A program made the translations under genes and the position numbers. 58,647 nucleotides of DNA from Octopus sinensis (Eukaryota), in assembly GCF_006345805.1 (NCBI RefSeq), contig NW_021834186.1, positions 1 through 58,647 on the forward strand, in the 5' to 3' direction. The number at the start of each line of letters is the position of its first letter. Position 1 is the first letter of the stretch. Below are positions 39,620 through 52,904 of this stretch, in pieces. Below the pieces are notes generated by a model. The model was not told the DNA's origin, made no database searches, and worked only from the letters and a program-made list of their open reading frames with translations.

Positions 39620-39800
39620 GAAGCTTTACTTCTTGGACTGACGTTTATGTGCGCAACGATGTTGTTAAACCTCCGTTAACAGCACTGTATTCAGGTCCTT
39701 TCCGTTTTTTTTTTTCATGCATGAATTTTTCACTATAGACCTTAATGGTCATAATGACACTATATCAGTGGATGAACTAAAAAAGGCTTTCATTGAGAAA
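39620..39800 (+). mobile_element. Ty3/Gypsy integrase fragment, third copy
   Basis: TSWTDVYVRNDVVKPPLTALYSGPFR...FFTIDLNGHNDTISVDELKKAFIE. Confidence 0.85.
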
Positions 39801-39887
39801 ACTATCCCTGCTCCCACAGCAGAGGATACACACACAGTATTAGAAACACGGCCCGCACACCCACCTTCACATTTCATAACTATCATT

Positions 39888-40083
39888 GGGATCAATCATG
39901 TTCCGGACAAGAATTCTAGATTATTTTTCCGGTTCTTTTTACTTAATGTTTGAGAGCAGTTGGATTCATTTTTAGTATTCTCGTTCGTGAGAGCAGTCGA
40001 ATTTTGAAAATCATTCTCTGGCTAATCGTTGAGAGGACGTTGGTCTTGCCTTGGCGGAGGTTTGCACTCTCTGAATGCTCTTG
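39888..40083 (+). mobile_element. 3' part of the HINE-like element
   Basis: 3' subterminal ggcggaggt (within 40048-40061) is the reverse complement (1 mismatch) of 5' acctctgcc at 20599; followed by a short terminal hairpin gcactctctgaatgc. Confidence 0.7.
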
Positions 40084-40086
40084 TTA

Positions 40087-40126
<40 letters not shown>

Positions 40127-40162
40127 CATTATTATTATTATTATTATTACTACTACTACTAC

Positions 40163-40219
<57 letters not shown>

Positions 40220-40273
40220 TATTATTATTATTATTATCATTATTATTACTATTATTACTACTACTACTACTAC

Positions 40274-40330
<57 letters not shown>

Positions 40331-40548
40331 CATCATTATTATTATTATTATTATTATTAAAGCGGTGCGCTGGCAGAAACGTTAGCACGCGAACAAAATG
40401 TTTAGCGATATTTTGTCTGTCTATCTGTGTCAATGAAATAAGTAATAGTCGAAGTAAATGCGCGTGCATGTGTTAACACGTGCATACGCACATTTTCCTG
40501 CACAGATTAACCAATATACATCATTCTGCTTGGTTTATGGCTACCAAG

Positions 40549-40718
40549 GGCGCAGGAGGGCTGTGTGGTAAGTAGCTTATTTACCAACCACATGGTTCCG
40601 CATTCAGTCCCACTGCGTGGCACCTTGGGCAAGTGTCTTCTACTATAGCCTCGGGCTGACCAAAACCTTGTGAGTGGATTTGGTAGATGGAAACTGAAAG
40701 AAGCCCGTCGTATATATG

Positions 40719-40784
<66 letters not shown>

Positions 40785-41003
40785 ATGTTTGTGTGTCTGT
40801 GTTTGTCCCACCCAAAATCGCTTGACAACCGATGCTGATGTGTTTACGTCCCCGTAACTTAGCGGTTCGGCAAAAGGGAGCCGATAGAATAAGTACTAGG
40901 CTTACAAAGAATAAGTCCTACGGTCTATTTGCTCGACTAAAGGCGGTGCTCCAGCATGGCCGCAGTCAAATGACTGAAACAAGTAAAAGAGTAAAAGAGT
41001 AGA
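40549..41003 (+). mobile_element. SINE family A, full length
   Basis: Complete from ggcgcagg to gaaacaagtaaaagagtaaaagag. Confidence 0.95.
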
Positions 41004-41117
41004 GTGCTGTCTACGATGTGATAGACAAAAGAGTCCTGACTTGGTGGAAATGCACCCCTCATTCAGTTTTGACTTAAACTCCCTAAATATAAGAGTGCAT
41101 CATTCATTATCCGGGGA

Positions 41118-41424
41118 CAGGCGCACCTCCACTTACGCCATTTCGTATTTTTCGACGTGACTTGTTTTTTTGTTTTTTGTTTTTTTTTTAATAGCTTAAT
41201 GAAAAGAAATCTAAACTTCCAACCTCCAACGCATTAAATTTTTTTTGAAGATGGAAATGAAACGCTCATATAAAATACGTGTAGAAATATTATTTATTAA
41301 AACAGATTATATAAAACTAATAGAGTTTTTCAAAACAACTTTTTTGTGTGTGCGTGTGTTACGCTGTTTTTCAAGTTAAGTCACGTCTTGAAACCAATTA
41401 CCGACGTAAGTTGAGGCATGCCTG
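41118..41424. mobile_element. Tigger/pogo-like MITE (~307 bp)
   Basis: TIRs caggcgcacctccacttacg (41118-41137) and cgtaagttgaggcatgcctg (41405-41424), 16/20 complementary; TA on the right flank; CAGGCA..CCTC resembles Tigger TIRs. Confidence 0.7.
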
Positions 41425-42062
41425 TATATATCCCATTACACACCAAAAAATAGTGGGTGAGGAGTGCGAGACGTCTGTGCAGCAAAGTAACAACTGTTGG
41501 AATGTCTCACTGATGTCGCTGCAGTGTATATTGGAATCGATGATGCTTTGGTAGAGAGGAAAGGGTGTAGGTTAGTCGGTGGTGGGCAGGAGTTGGGTGC
41601 TATATGATCTAGATTCTGTAACGATATTTTAGTGAGGGAGTTGAAGGTGAAGGGGGTATCTGTCTGTCTGTCTGTCTGTTTGTCTATCTGCCTGCATTTC
41701 GTCCGTCTTTATGTTCTGAGTTCAAATTCCGCCGAGGTCGACTTTGCCTTTCATTCTTTCGATGGCGACAAAATAAGTACCAGTTGCACACTGGGGTCAA
41801 TATAATCAGCTTACCCACACATCTCCGAAATTGTCGGCCTTGTGTCAAAATCTGAAGCCACAGTAATTAATGGCAAAATGTGGCACAGGCGGATGAAGAA
41901 GGGACATAAGAAAAACAGGTGAAGACGCACAAAGGACGTGACCCACTTATCCCTTACAATATCGAAAAATAGGGTGGTGGGTTCGAGATGCTTTTGGTAG
42001 GGTCGATGGAGTCGGCAAGCTAGCTCCCTCCCTACCCCCCCCCCCCAACGAAATTTCAGTTT

Positions 42063-42760
42063 TGCTAATAGTAACTCTCTTTATTGTTAACAGTAAATTT
42101 CATTATTGTTAATTGTAAAAGTTGGCACAAGATGAAAATGAAGATTAAGGAACAACACAAAGGACGTGGGCCCCTACTCATCCCTCATCAATTAACGACA
42201 ATACCAAAACATGGGGGTCGGGGCTACGAGACGCTTTGATGCCTGTTGATGCAGCACAAAGTAACAACTGTTGGAATGTATCACTGATGTCGCTGCAATG
42301 TAGATTGAAATCGATGATGCTTGATAGAGGGGAGGGAGTGTAGATTAGTCGGTGGTGGGCGAGGGTGGTGGATCGTTTGATCGAGTTTCAGTGAAGATAT
42401 TGTGGTGATGGAGGTGAAGATGGAGGGCGTGTCTGTCTGTATATATCCGTGACTGTGTGCTGCTTCTGTTAATAGTTGTATTTGTGGAACGAGATGGTGT
42501 GGGTATGTGTGTGTATAGGACTGAGGGGTGGTGGTGGTGGTGGTTTTGGTGTCGGGGGATTGTGGAGGTGGGGTGAGGGTGAGTATAGTGTCAGAGAATG
42601 TTGTAAAGTTACTGATGTTGTAAAGTTGGTGACGGCTCTGGTAGTTATGGTGGTAGTAAAGCTAACACTTGTGATGGCTATAGTGTTGGTAGTAGTTGTA
42701 AAGCATGTGCTAATAGCAGAGTTAGCTGTGGTGATGGTGGTAGTTGTACTTATAATAAAC
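42063..42760 (-). repeat. Further inverted copy of motif core plus ACC-rich block; older fragments at 41480-41690 and 41860-42010
   Basis: Reverse complement of 19000-19630-type sequence. Confidence 0.85.
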
Positions 42761-42804
42761 GAATAAAAAGTGCCACCAAATATATTCAGTAGAAATTCCA
42801 TATT

Positions 42805-43097
42805 TATTTATTATGCGCCCTTTTCAAGCCTAGCCAGGCTCATGGGCTCGCTTTCCTGGTTTCTGTGGCGTATGTTCCTCCCCAGCTGGACGGGACGCCA
42901 GTCCATCGCAGCGTTACTCAAGAAACAGGAAGAAAGAGTGAGAAAAAGTTGAGGCGAAAGAGTACAACAGGGGTCGCCACCACCCCCTGCCGGAGCGTCG
43001 TGGAGCTTTAGGTGTTTTCGCTCAATAAACACACGCAACGCCCATTCTGGGAATCGTAACTGCGATCCTCCGACCGCGAGTCCGCTGCCCTAACCAC
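42805..43097 (-). mobile_element. SINE family C head with an alternative (V-domain-like) 3' half
   Basis: Head matches 47661-47850; tail reads gctgcgatggactggcgtcccgtccag...acagaaacc on the minus strand. Confidence 0.8.
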
Positions 43098-43099
43098 TA

Positions 43100-43400
43100 C
43101 GTTCGGAGTTCAAATTCCACCGAGGTCGACTTTACCCTTCATCTTTTCGGGGTCGATAAATCAAGTACCAGTGATGTAATTGCCTCCCACCCACCACAAA
43201 ATTTCAGGCCTTGTGCATTTAGCAGAAAGGATTATTATAATTATTCCTTGTGATGACGTTGGTGGTAGTGGTATTATTTCTGCTGTTATTAGAGCATCGG
43301 GAAAATACCGTGCATGTTTCTTTACATTCTGAGTTCGAATCTTCCTGAGGTCAACTCTGCCTTTTATCCGTTCAGGGGACTATAGAATAAGATGTCGGTC
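43100..43400 (+). mobile_element. Two partial SINE family B copies
   Basis: gagttcaaattccaccgaggtcgac... and a degraded second copy. Confidence 0.75.
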
Positions 43401-43514
43401 AAATACTGAGGGAGATCGAACTGACTAAAACACCTCCTCCCAAAAGGCCACTGAGGCGATTCAAGGACAGCCAGAAAATTTCCCTTGGGGCCTGCGGAAT
43501 TTTAGCTTGTGACT

Positions 43515-43752
43515 AGGAATCGCTTGCCTCTGACCGCGGCGCCTGGCGTCCAGCTGTCCAAAAGGGTGTTAGGCTGTTCGAGGAAAAGCGCCTCAAGAGC
43601 CTGGACGAGAAGCGACAAGCCCGAAAAGAGAGGATCCCCAACCTTACTTCTGATGTTACGTGCCCAACATTTGGCCACATCTGCGCGCCTGCCTTTGGGT
43701 TCTGCTCCCACCTCCGGCATTACTGACGTCATGGTCAAACCCCGACAGACTC

Positions 43753-43756
<4 letters not shown>
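43515..43756 (+). mobile_element. 3' end of a second RTE-like LINE
   Basis: ESLASDRGAWRPAVQKGVRLFEEKRLKSLDEKRQARKER...CPTFGHICAPAFGFCSHLRHY* (one frameshift): degenerate RTE/BovB-type C-terminal zinc finger. Confidence 0.8.
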
Positions 43757-43800
<44 letters not shown>

Positions 43801-44108
43801 ATAATATATATAATGGGAGTCTGTCGGGGTTTGACCATGACGTCATATATATATATATATATATATATACCACATATATACATATTATACATATATTACA
43901 TATAGTGTACATATATATACATATATATATACATATATATATATACGAGAAAGAAGCAACAAGAATGGATTAGTTTTTAGTACAATTGTTTCATACAAAG
44001 ACAGGGTTTATTAAAAGTTGCAAATATTGCAGCAGATAAAAGTGTCCCGTACTCATCAGCTAAAACACATATGAGTTCTCCAAACATCTTAGTGGGTGAG
44101 GCTCCCAT

Positions 44109-44218
<110 letters not shown>

Positions 44219-44513
44219 TATGTCATATTTTCCGTTTTGTTTGTCTTCTTTTTATTTAATCCCGAATATATATTTATATATATATTTTTTTTCTGTATGG
44301 TGTGATGTGGTGTGTGTGTGTGTGTGTGTGTATGTGTGTGTGCGTGCGCGCGTGTATACGAGCGTAGATATATGCGTTTTGAAATTCACGCATTTTTTTT
44401 TACACTTTTAATAGTGGCTAAAGTAAATTAAAAATTTTTTTTTTTGTTAAAATATGAACTTTTCACGGATGAAACAACATATGTCTGTGCATGTGTGTGT
44501 TTATGTGCAAACT

Positions 44514-44556
<43 letters not shown>

Positions 44557-44557
<1 letters not shown>

Positions 44558-45164
44558 TCTCTTTTTCTCTTTTACTTGTTTCAGTCATTTTGACTGCGGC
44601 CATGCTGGAGCACCGCCTTTTAGTCGAGCAAATCGACCCCGGGACTTATTCTTTGTAAGCCCAGTACTTATTCTATCGGTCTCTTTTTGCCGAACCGCTA
44701 AGTGACGGGGACGTAAACACACCAGCATCGGTCGTCAAGCAATGCTAGGGGGACAAACACAGACACACAAACACACACAACACACACTATATATATATAT
44801 ATATATATATACATATATACGACATGCTTCTTTCAGTTTCCGTCTACCAAATTCACTCACAAGGCTTTGGTCGGCCCGAGGCTATAGTAGAAAACACTTG
44901 TCCAAGGTGCCACTCAGTGAGACTGAACCCGGAACCATGTGGCTCGTAAACAAGCTACTTACCACACAGCCACTCCTGCCCTATATATATATATATATAT
45001 ACGACAGGCTTCTTTCAGTTTCCGTCTACCAAATCCACTCACAAGGCATTGGTCGGCCTGGGGCTATAGCAGAAGACACTTGCCCAAGATGCCACGCAGT
45101 GGGACTGAACCCAGAACCATGTGGTTGGTTAGCAAGCTACTTACCACACAGCCACTCCTGCGCC
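44557..45164 (-). mobile_element. SINE family A (44557-44981) plus tandem extra 5' half (44997-45164)
   Basis: Head half acgacaggcttctttcag...ccacacagccactcctg present twice. Confidence 0.92.
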
Positions 45165-45748
45165 TATATATGTGTGTGTATACATATATATAAATATATA
45201 TAGATATATGCAACTATCCCTCCATTTCTCAATCTAACAGTACGTTCTTTTTTAAAAGTATATATCGATTGATTATACAATCGAGAAGTATGCGATACTT
45301 GTTGATACAGCAACAAGTATTGGAATGTCACTCTGGTGTCGCTGCGATAGAGTTTATCGGTGAGACGTGAGGATGCTTGATAGACAGGAAAGTGGGTGGA
45401 TTACACGGGGAGTGGAGAGGAGGTGGGTGTTCGTTGATAGGGATTAGATGTAGATGGAAATGGAAATGAATGTGAGTCAGAATGTGTGTGTACATGTATG
45501 CATACATACATATATGTGTGTGCGCACACATACATATATATATTTATATATACATATTTACAAACATATATATGCATACATACATATATATACACACGCA
45601 TATATACACATGTATACTTGTAAGTATATTATATACATTTTCACATATATATATATATACCTTTACATATATATATATATATCTAATATATATATATGCA
45701 TACATAAGTACACATACACGCATGCCTATCTATCTATCTATCTATCTA

Positions 45749-45821
<73 letters not shown>

Positions 45822-45952
45822 TGTGTGTGGTTTGGTGTGTATATACAACATATGTGTATATATATATATATATACATATATAATATATGAGTTAGTTATA
45901 TTACTTAATTGAACGCCACGCATCCATTTCCGAGTGAGCATATATATATATA

Positions 45953-46054
<102 letters not shown>

Positions 46055-46081
46055 CAATATGTATTTGTATGCAATATGTAT

Positions 46082-46213
46082 TTGTTCGGCAAAGAGACCG
46101 ATAGAATAAGTACTAGACTTACAAACAATATGTCTTGGGGTCGGTTTGTTCGACTAAAGGCGGTGCTCCAGCATCGCCGCAGTCAAATGACTGAAACAAG
46201 CAAAAGAATAAAA
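46082..46213 (+). mobile_element. SINE family A 3' fragment
   Basis: gttcggcaaagagaccgatag...gactgaaacaagcaaaag. Confidence 0.88.
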
Positions 46214-46649
46214 GAACAGTTCAATGAATTAAAATTTTTTCAATATTGTTTTTATGACGTCACCATTACTTGAACATTTCTCCGCAGATTTGATTTCAAA
46301 AGTCTTCAGTCCCTTTCAACATTTCGCGGTGATTAGAAGCTATGGAATGCGCGCACCAGGGGCGCGAATGCAGACATCTGAAGACTTGTGTGAAGTGACA
46401 GTCATCTTCACCTTGTTTTTGATGTTTGGTAGGGTTGATTTAGGTTAACATGCAATTAACTGTCATTAAAAAAATGCAAGAAAATGTCGAAAAATTGAAA
46501 GTGAATTGCGATAAGAATGAAGTGAGACGACCCTGACATAATCGGTAGGTAGGTTTCTTGTGTGGAGCTCGGCAATTTCTATACTCATGAAAATGTCAGC
46601 CATCCACTCAGTATTTTGATCCAAACAATGCCAGCAACCATTCACAGAC

Positions 46650-46860
46650 TATATATTTCTTTACTACCCACTAGGTGCTAAACACAGAGGGGACAAACAA
46701 GGACAAACAAGGACAAACAAAGGGATTAAGTCGAGTGTGTAACTGGTACTTAATTTATCGACCCCGAAAGGATGAAAGGCAGAGTCGACCTCGGCGGAAT
46801 TTGAACTCGGAACGTATCGACAGACGAAATACGGCTACGCATTTCGCCCAGCGTGCTGAA
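46650..46860 (-). mobile_element. SINE family B
   Basis: atttctttactaccc...gtcgacctcggcggaatttgaactc...catttcgcccagcgtgct. Confidence 0.88.
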
Positions 46861-47159
46861 GGGCGAAGTATGTTCGCCATGAAAATACTTGGGCAGCCAC
46901 GTAGGATTAGCGTTGATTTATTTTACCTCATATCTTCCTGGCATATGTGACCAAACAAATTTGAAATTTTGTGGAAAAACTACTGATATTATTTTATTTC
47001 GTGCATCAATAACTGTTATGTTTTTCCGTAAATCTGTTAGTGATTGTTTTCATTTGATATAAAATGTATGTACCTTCTGCATGTTGTATCGTATATATGT
47101 AGTTATATCAGTGTCGTCACTTCCGGTTTGTATCGCAATTGACTTTCATTTTTTATTAC

Positions 47160-47380
47160 GACGGTGGGCTGGCAGAAACGTTAGCACGCCGGGCGAAATG
47201 CTTAGCGGTATTTCGTCTGCCGTTACGTTCTGAGTTCAAATTTCGCCGAGGTCGACTTTGCCTTTCATCCTTTCGGGGTCAATAAATTAAGTACCAGTTA
47301 CGCATTGAGGTCGATATAATCGACTTAATCCGTTTGTCCTCTCTGTGTTTAGCCCCTTGTGGGTAGTAAAGAAATAGGTA
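47160..47380 (+). mobile_element. SINE family B, near full length
   Basis: gctggcagaaacgttagcacgcc...gggtagtaaagaaataggta. Confidence 0.93.
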
Positions 47381-47660
47381 TATTGCATGTTAACCTTGCT
47401 TAATGCTTGAGTGCTGAAATACCCTCCGTAACATGCTGGTTGGTACCATAACATAGTTACAAAGTATCCAGTATTGTTCCCTTCGCCGTACGAACTCTTA
47501 ACCAGGAAATTTCAGGACAGGAAAACTGGAGGTTCCAGCCAGAAATATAGATCTCACTATCGATTCATTCACACAGTGTATTTTATTGTAAACAATTGTG
47601 TCACTGTAAAGAGAACGTGACATTGAATAAGAAATATGCACAGAAATATTGTTTCCTCAT

Positions 47661-48040
47661 GGAGGCGCAATGGCCCAGTGATTAGGGCAGCGGACTCGCG
47701 GTCATAGGATCGCGGTTTCGATTCCCAGACCGGGCGTTGTGAGTGTTTATTGAGCGAAAACACCTAAAGCTCCACGAGGCTCCGGCAGGGATGGTGGTGA
47801 TCCCTGCTGTAGTCTTTCACCGCAACTTTCTCTCACTCTTACTTCCTGTTTCTGTTGCACCTGTATTTCAAAGGGCCGGCCTTGTCACTCTCAGTGTCAC
47901 GCTGAATATCCCCGAGAACTACGTTCAGGGTACAAGTGTCTGTGGAGTGCTCAGCCACTTACACGTTAATTTCACGAGCAGGCTGTTCCGTTGATCGGAT
48001 CAACCGGAACCCTCGTCGTCGTAACCGACGGAGTGCTTCC
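47661..48040 (+). mobile_element. SINE family C, full length
   Basis: tRNA head ggaggcgcaatggcccagtgattagg...ggtttcgattccc; body; 3' end gtaaccgacggagtgc. Confidence 0.9.
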
Positions 48041-48606
48041 ATTGTTTTCTCTATATATCTAGTCATACGTATGTAGAGAGAATAAAGCTATAAATATTGA
48101 GAGAATTTTAATAAGAAATAAGTTTATTAATATATTTGAGCATATTTGTAAGATATTTCTATAATAAATCAAAATAGATACATTAGATGTGCGATGAATT
48201 GCATGTATTATTGTTGCAAGCATATGGTCACATGGGCCTTTTATCTACGAGTGTGTAAGTGTTTGGGCCCGTGTCTATGTTTGTGTATGCGTGTGTTTGT
48301 GCGTAAGTTTTTGAGTGCGTAGTGTGTATCCATCTGTCTCTTTCATATATTCTCTGTCTGTCTGTCTGTCTGTCTCTGTCTCTCTCATTCTCTCTCTGTC
48401 TTTTTCTTTCCCCTCGCGTCTGGAAGAATGTGTAATTTTGCCCTACCTGGACGTGCGTGTGTGAGTATGTGTACGTGTATGAGTGTGTGTGTGGGGGGAG
48501 TGTATGTGCGTGTGTGTATGAGTGTGTGTATATGAGTGTGTGTGCGTGCAAGAATGTGTGTGCGTGTGTGAGAGTGCGTGCGTCTGTGTATGTGTCTAAG
48601 TATGGA

Positions 48607-48830
48607 TGTAGAAGGCGTGAGACTTAGTTTCTAAGGTATTCGGCTTACGATCACAAGGCCGTGTGCTCAATTTCCACCTGCGCATTGTGTCCTTGAGCAA
48701 GACACTTTATTTCACGTTGCTCAAGTCCACTCAGTTGGCAAAAATAAATAGTACCTGTATCTCAAAGGGCCAGCCTTGTCACATTCTGTGTCGTACTGAA
48801 TCTCCTTTAGACCTACATTAAGGTTACATA
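48607..48830 (+). mobile_element. SINE family D, degraded
   Basis: gtgtccttgagcaagacactttatttcacgttgctc...cctgtatctcaaagggccagccttgtc. Confidence 0.8.
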
Positions 48831-49134
48831 TGTAGGTTACATATTGCTATAAACATTGAGAATTTTAATAAAAATCAAGTTTGCTGTTATTAAAATGTTT
48901 GAGCATCTAGGCAAGATATTTCTATAATAAATCAAAATAGTTGTTATTATATTTTGGGGTGGTTATTTTGCCAAAATGAATACACGCACTGTATATTCGC
49001 TCTTCACATCATATTTATCATTGTTCTTATTTTATTTCCTTTGTCTGGAAATCTAAATTGGAGAACGAATATATAAATATAGTGTGTGCGTGTTCATTTT
49101 GGCAAAAACAAAAAACAATAATAATAATAATAAT

Positions 49135-49320
49135 AATCCTTCTTACTATAGGCACATGGCTAGGATTTTATGGGGAGGGGGACAGTCGAATTGATCCACC
49201 CCAGTATGCAACTGGTACTTAATTTATCGACCCCAAAAGGATGAAAGACAAAGTTCACTTCGGCGGAATTTGAACTCAGAACGTAGCGACGGGCGAAATA
49301 CTGCTGAGCATTTAGCCCGG
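49135..49320 (-). mobile_element. SINE family B
   Basis: actggtacttaatttatcgacccc...ggcggaatttgaactcagaacgt. Confidence 0.88.
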
Positions 49321-49374
49321 AGTAATAACAACAACAATAATAATAATAACAACAACAGTAACAACAACAAAATC

Positions 49375-49462
<88 letters not shown>

Positions 49463-49543
49463 TTACTACTGCTGCTACTACTACTGCTGCTACTACTACT
49501 ACTACTACTACTACTGCTACTACTACTGATAATAATAATAATA

Positions 49544-49575
<32 letters not shown>

Positions 49576-49764
49576 AATGAAAATAATGATGATAATAATA
49601 ATAATAGTAGTAATATTAATAATAATAATAATAATGAAACAATTCCTATCATAGTATCATTAGGCATGATAAAAAAACTATTCAGACAAATACATAACAA
49701 AAACACCAGGACTTACAAACACATATAACATACAGAAAATTGCACTACTAGGCACTGCACACAG

Positions 49765-49942
49765 AATATGACGAGGCTGGCCCGTTTTGAATTACAGGTA
49801 CTACTCATTTCTGCCAGCTGAGTGGACTGGAGCAACATGAAATAAAGTGTTTTTGCTCAAGGGCACAGAGGCGCAGCTGGGAATCGAATTCACGACCACA
49901 CGATCGTGAGCCGAAATACTCGTACCACTAAGCCACGCGCGT
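49765..49942 (-). mobile_element. SINE family D
   Basis: Reverse complement of the 48607-type sequence. Confidence 0.8.
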
Positions 49943-50000
49943 CCCCCCCTCCCACCACACACACACACATTCGTGTATGCACAGTTATACATTATTCCTC

Positions 50001-50034
<34 letters not shown>

Positions 50035-50171
50035 CAAACACACAAACACACACACACAAACACACACACACACAAACACACACACACAAACACACACACA
50101 CACAAACATACACACACAAACACGCACACACAAACACACAGACACAAACACACACAAACACACACACACAA

Positions 50172-50202
<31 letters not shown>

Positions 50203-50261
50203 AACACACACACAGACACACACTCACACATGCACAATTGCACAAATCTCCCTCCCTCCCT

Positions 50262-50303
<42 letters not shown>

Positions 50304-50899
50304 ACACATACACACGCACAACTCATAGAAAGAAAGAAGCAGAAAGCGTATTTGCAGGGTGGGGTGAAAGTAAAAGACAGGATGAGAAAGACAGAGAGAG
50401 AATGAGAGAGAGAGAGAGAATACATGAAGGAGACAGACAGATATGCACTCACTACATACACAAAAGCACATACACCAACACACGCATACACAAACATATA
50501 GACACAGGCTCATACACATACACACTTGTACACAAAGTTCTATGTGGCCGTAATGCCTGCAACAATGATGGTACATTTAATGAAGAATCTATTTTCATTT
50601 ATTTTTTTTTTCTACGTTTATGCATTTGTCCGATCCCCCCTATACTGCATTAATATTCCTCGCATTTTCCGCTGCGTTGTTGCCTTTATTGAACTCATAA
50701 AACAAAATATACCGAATATGCTCCCTTTGTTCCTTCCATTATAGCTTTGAAAAAAACATAACTGTCAAAATCGAACTGCACTCTTCAAAATTTGCACTAA
50801 GAATAAGTTGAAGGTAAAATTATTACCTATCTTTATAGCAAGTTAATGCAAGTAGTTTATCCGGTCCCCCTCCACTTTTAGTTCATGCAGTTGAAAACA

Positions 50900-50981
50900 C
50901 CGCATTATTTATGGGATGACCCAATAAATACATACCCACACACCACACATTATATTATATATATATATGTATATATAATAT

Positions 50982-51031
<50 letters not shown>

Positions 51032-51233
51032 CATACATACATATATATACATACACACACCACATATATATATAACAGCTAGGTAGGTGCAAAGGTAATA
51101 CGTACAGACAAGCACATACACGCACACACACACATACACACGATCATACACAAATGAAAACTGAAACACATCTCGTACCCACTCCGTCTTTCAGTTCATG
51201 TAATTGAAAAAAAAACCGCATTATTTATGGGAT
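50900..51233 (+). mobile_element. Two isolated mariner right-TIR remnants (50900-50926, 51216-51233)
   Basis: ccgcattatttatgggat matches the TIR at 8729. Confidence 0.65.
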
Positions 51234-51524
51234 TGCGTGAGTGTGTAAACAGAGTTAGCAGTTATAATAACCAACTAAGGGATAGAATATCCATATGTAC
51301 TATCGGTACATATGGATATTTGTATAACCGTTACCCGTGTTATCACCGGGCATTGGTGTGCAGGCACACTATGCACAAAGAGAACAGGTAACAACAGAAT
51401 AAACAAGAGTTTATCAAGAAACAAATACAAATAATCAAAAATGGAGAAAACCTCAGATTAACAAACACATCGATTGGACCACGTTTGTAGCTTATTTTTT
51501 AATAAGCTTTAAGTGTTAAACAAT

Positions 51525-51611
51525 AAACACTCACAACGCCCGGTCTGGGAATTGAAACCGCGATCCTACGATCGCGAGTCCTGAGCCCTAACCATTGGGC
51601 CATTGCGCCTC

Positions 51612-51612
<1 letters not shown>
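51525..51612 (-). mobile_element. SINE family C head fragment
   Basis: Reverse complement of 47661-47750. Confidence 0.88.
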
Positions 51613-51642
<30 letters not shown>

Positions 51643-51874
51643 TGTTTGTTTGTTTTTGTCTCGTTTCTCTGTTTTCTTCGTTCGTTTCTGTTTTTGTTTT
51701 TATGTTTTCGTTCGTTTCTTTGTTTTTGTTTTTATGTTTTCGTTTCTTATTGTGTTCAACGTTTTTTTTTATGTCCTGTAGCCATATATGCATGTATATA
51801 TGCATATATATGTTGGTATGTACATATATATGTATATAAGCATATATTTATATTATATTTATATTATACATATA

Positions 51875-51906
<32 letters not shown>

Positions 51907-51958
51907 CATACATACATACATACATACATACATCATACATACATACATTCATACATAC

Positions 51959-52036
<78 letters not shown>

Positions 52037-52087
52037 ATATAATATATATAATATATATATTAAATATATATAGATATATAATATATA

Positions 52088-52131
<44 letters not shown>

Positions 52132-52808
52132 GTATGTATGAATGTATGTATGTATGTATGTATATATATATGTATGTATATATATATATGTATAATATAA
52201 ATAATATATAAATATATGCTTATATACATATGCCAACTGGAAGATAAGAAAGTGAAATCAAATTACAGTGGAGTGTCATTATCTTGAAGGTTTACGAAGC
52301 GTCATGGAATTTCCATTGCGTGAACCGCGTGGCGAATAAAGAAAGATAAGCTGTGAAGGCTTGTAGAGAAAAAAAATATTTAATATATTAGCACGCATTC
52401 CACAGAGGTTACTCTGAATTATTATCATGTCACCTCTCTTAGTCGGACTGCAGTGTACATACAAAGCTTCACTAGCGATAAAAATCATAATTATATATAT
52501 ATTTCGTACATATATATAAGATTATATGTAAGTCTTCCATGTAATTTTGGCAAATGCACCACTGGCATTGTGGGCTGCGTATTACTTGTGTCAAATTACA
52601 CATTTGATGTTTGTACACACGCACACACACACGTGCACACACACGCGCTCACACACACGCGCGCACACAGAAGATTAAAAAATCACACAAGAATCAAGCA
52701 GTAAAAGACAGAGACTGGTGAGGGAGCAACAAAAGAGGCGTATAAGTTTGATGCTCAAGGAAAACGGAAGAAGAAGAAGGCGTTTTTGACGTTCGATATA
52801 TATAATAT

Positions 52809-52840
<32 letters not shown>

Positions 52841-52904
52841 ATATATATATATATATTATATATTATAATGTATATATATATAGGTATGTATGTATGTAGG
52901 TATT

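Noticed and set aside
19412-42294. CRISPR-like reading of the recurring motif
   Set aside because: Copies are kilobases apart, on both strands, without unique short spacers or cas genes, in eukaryotic DNA.
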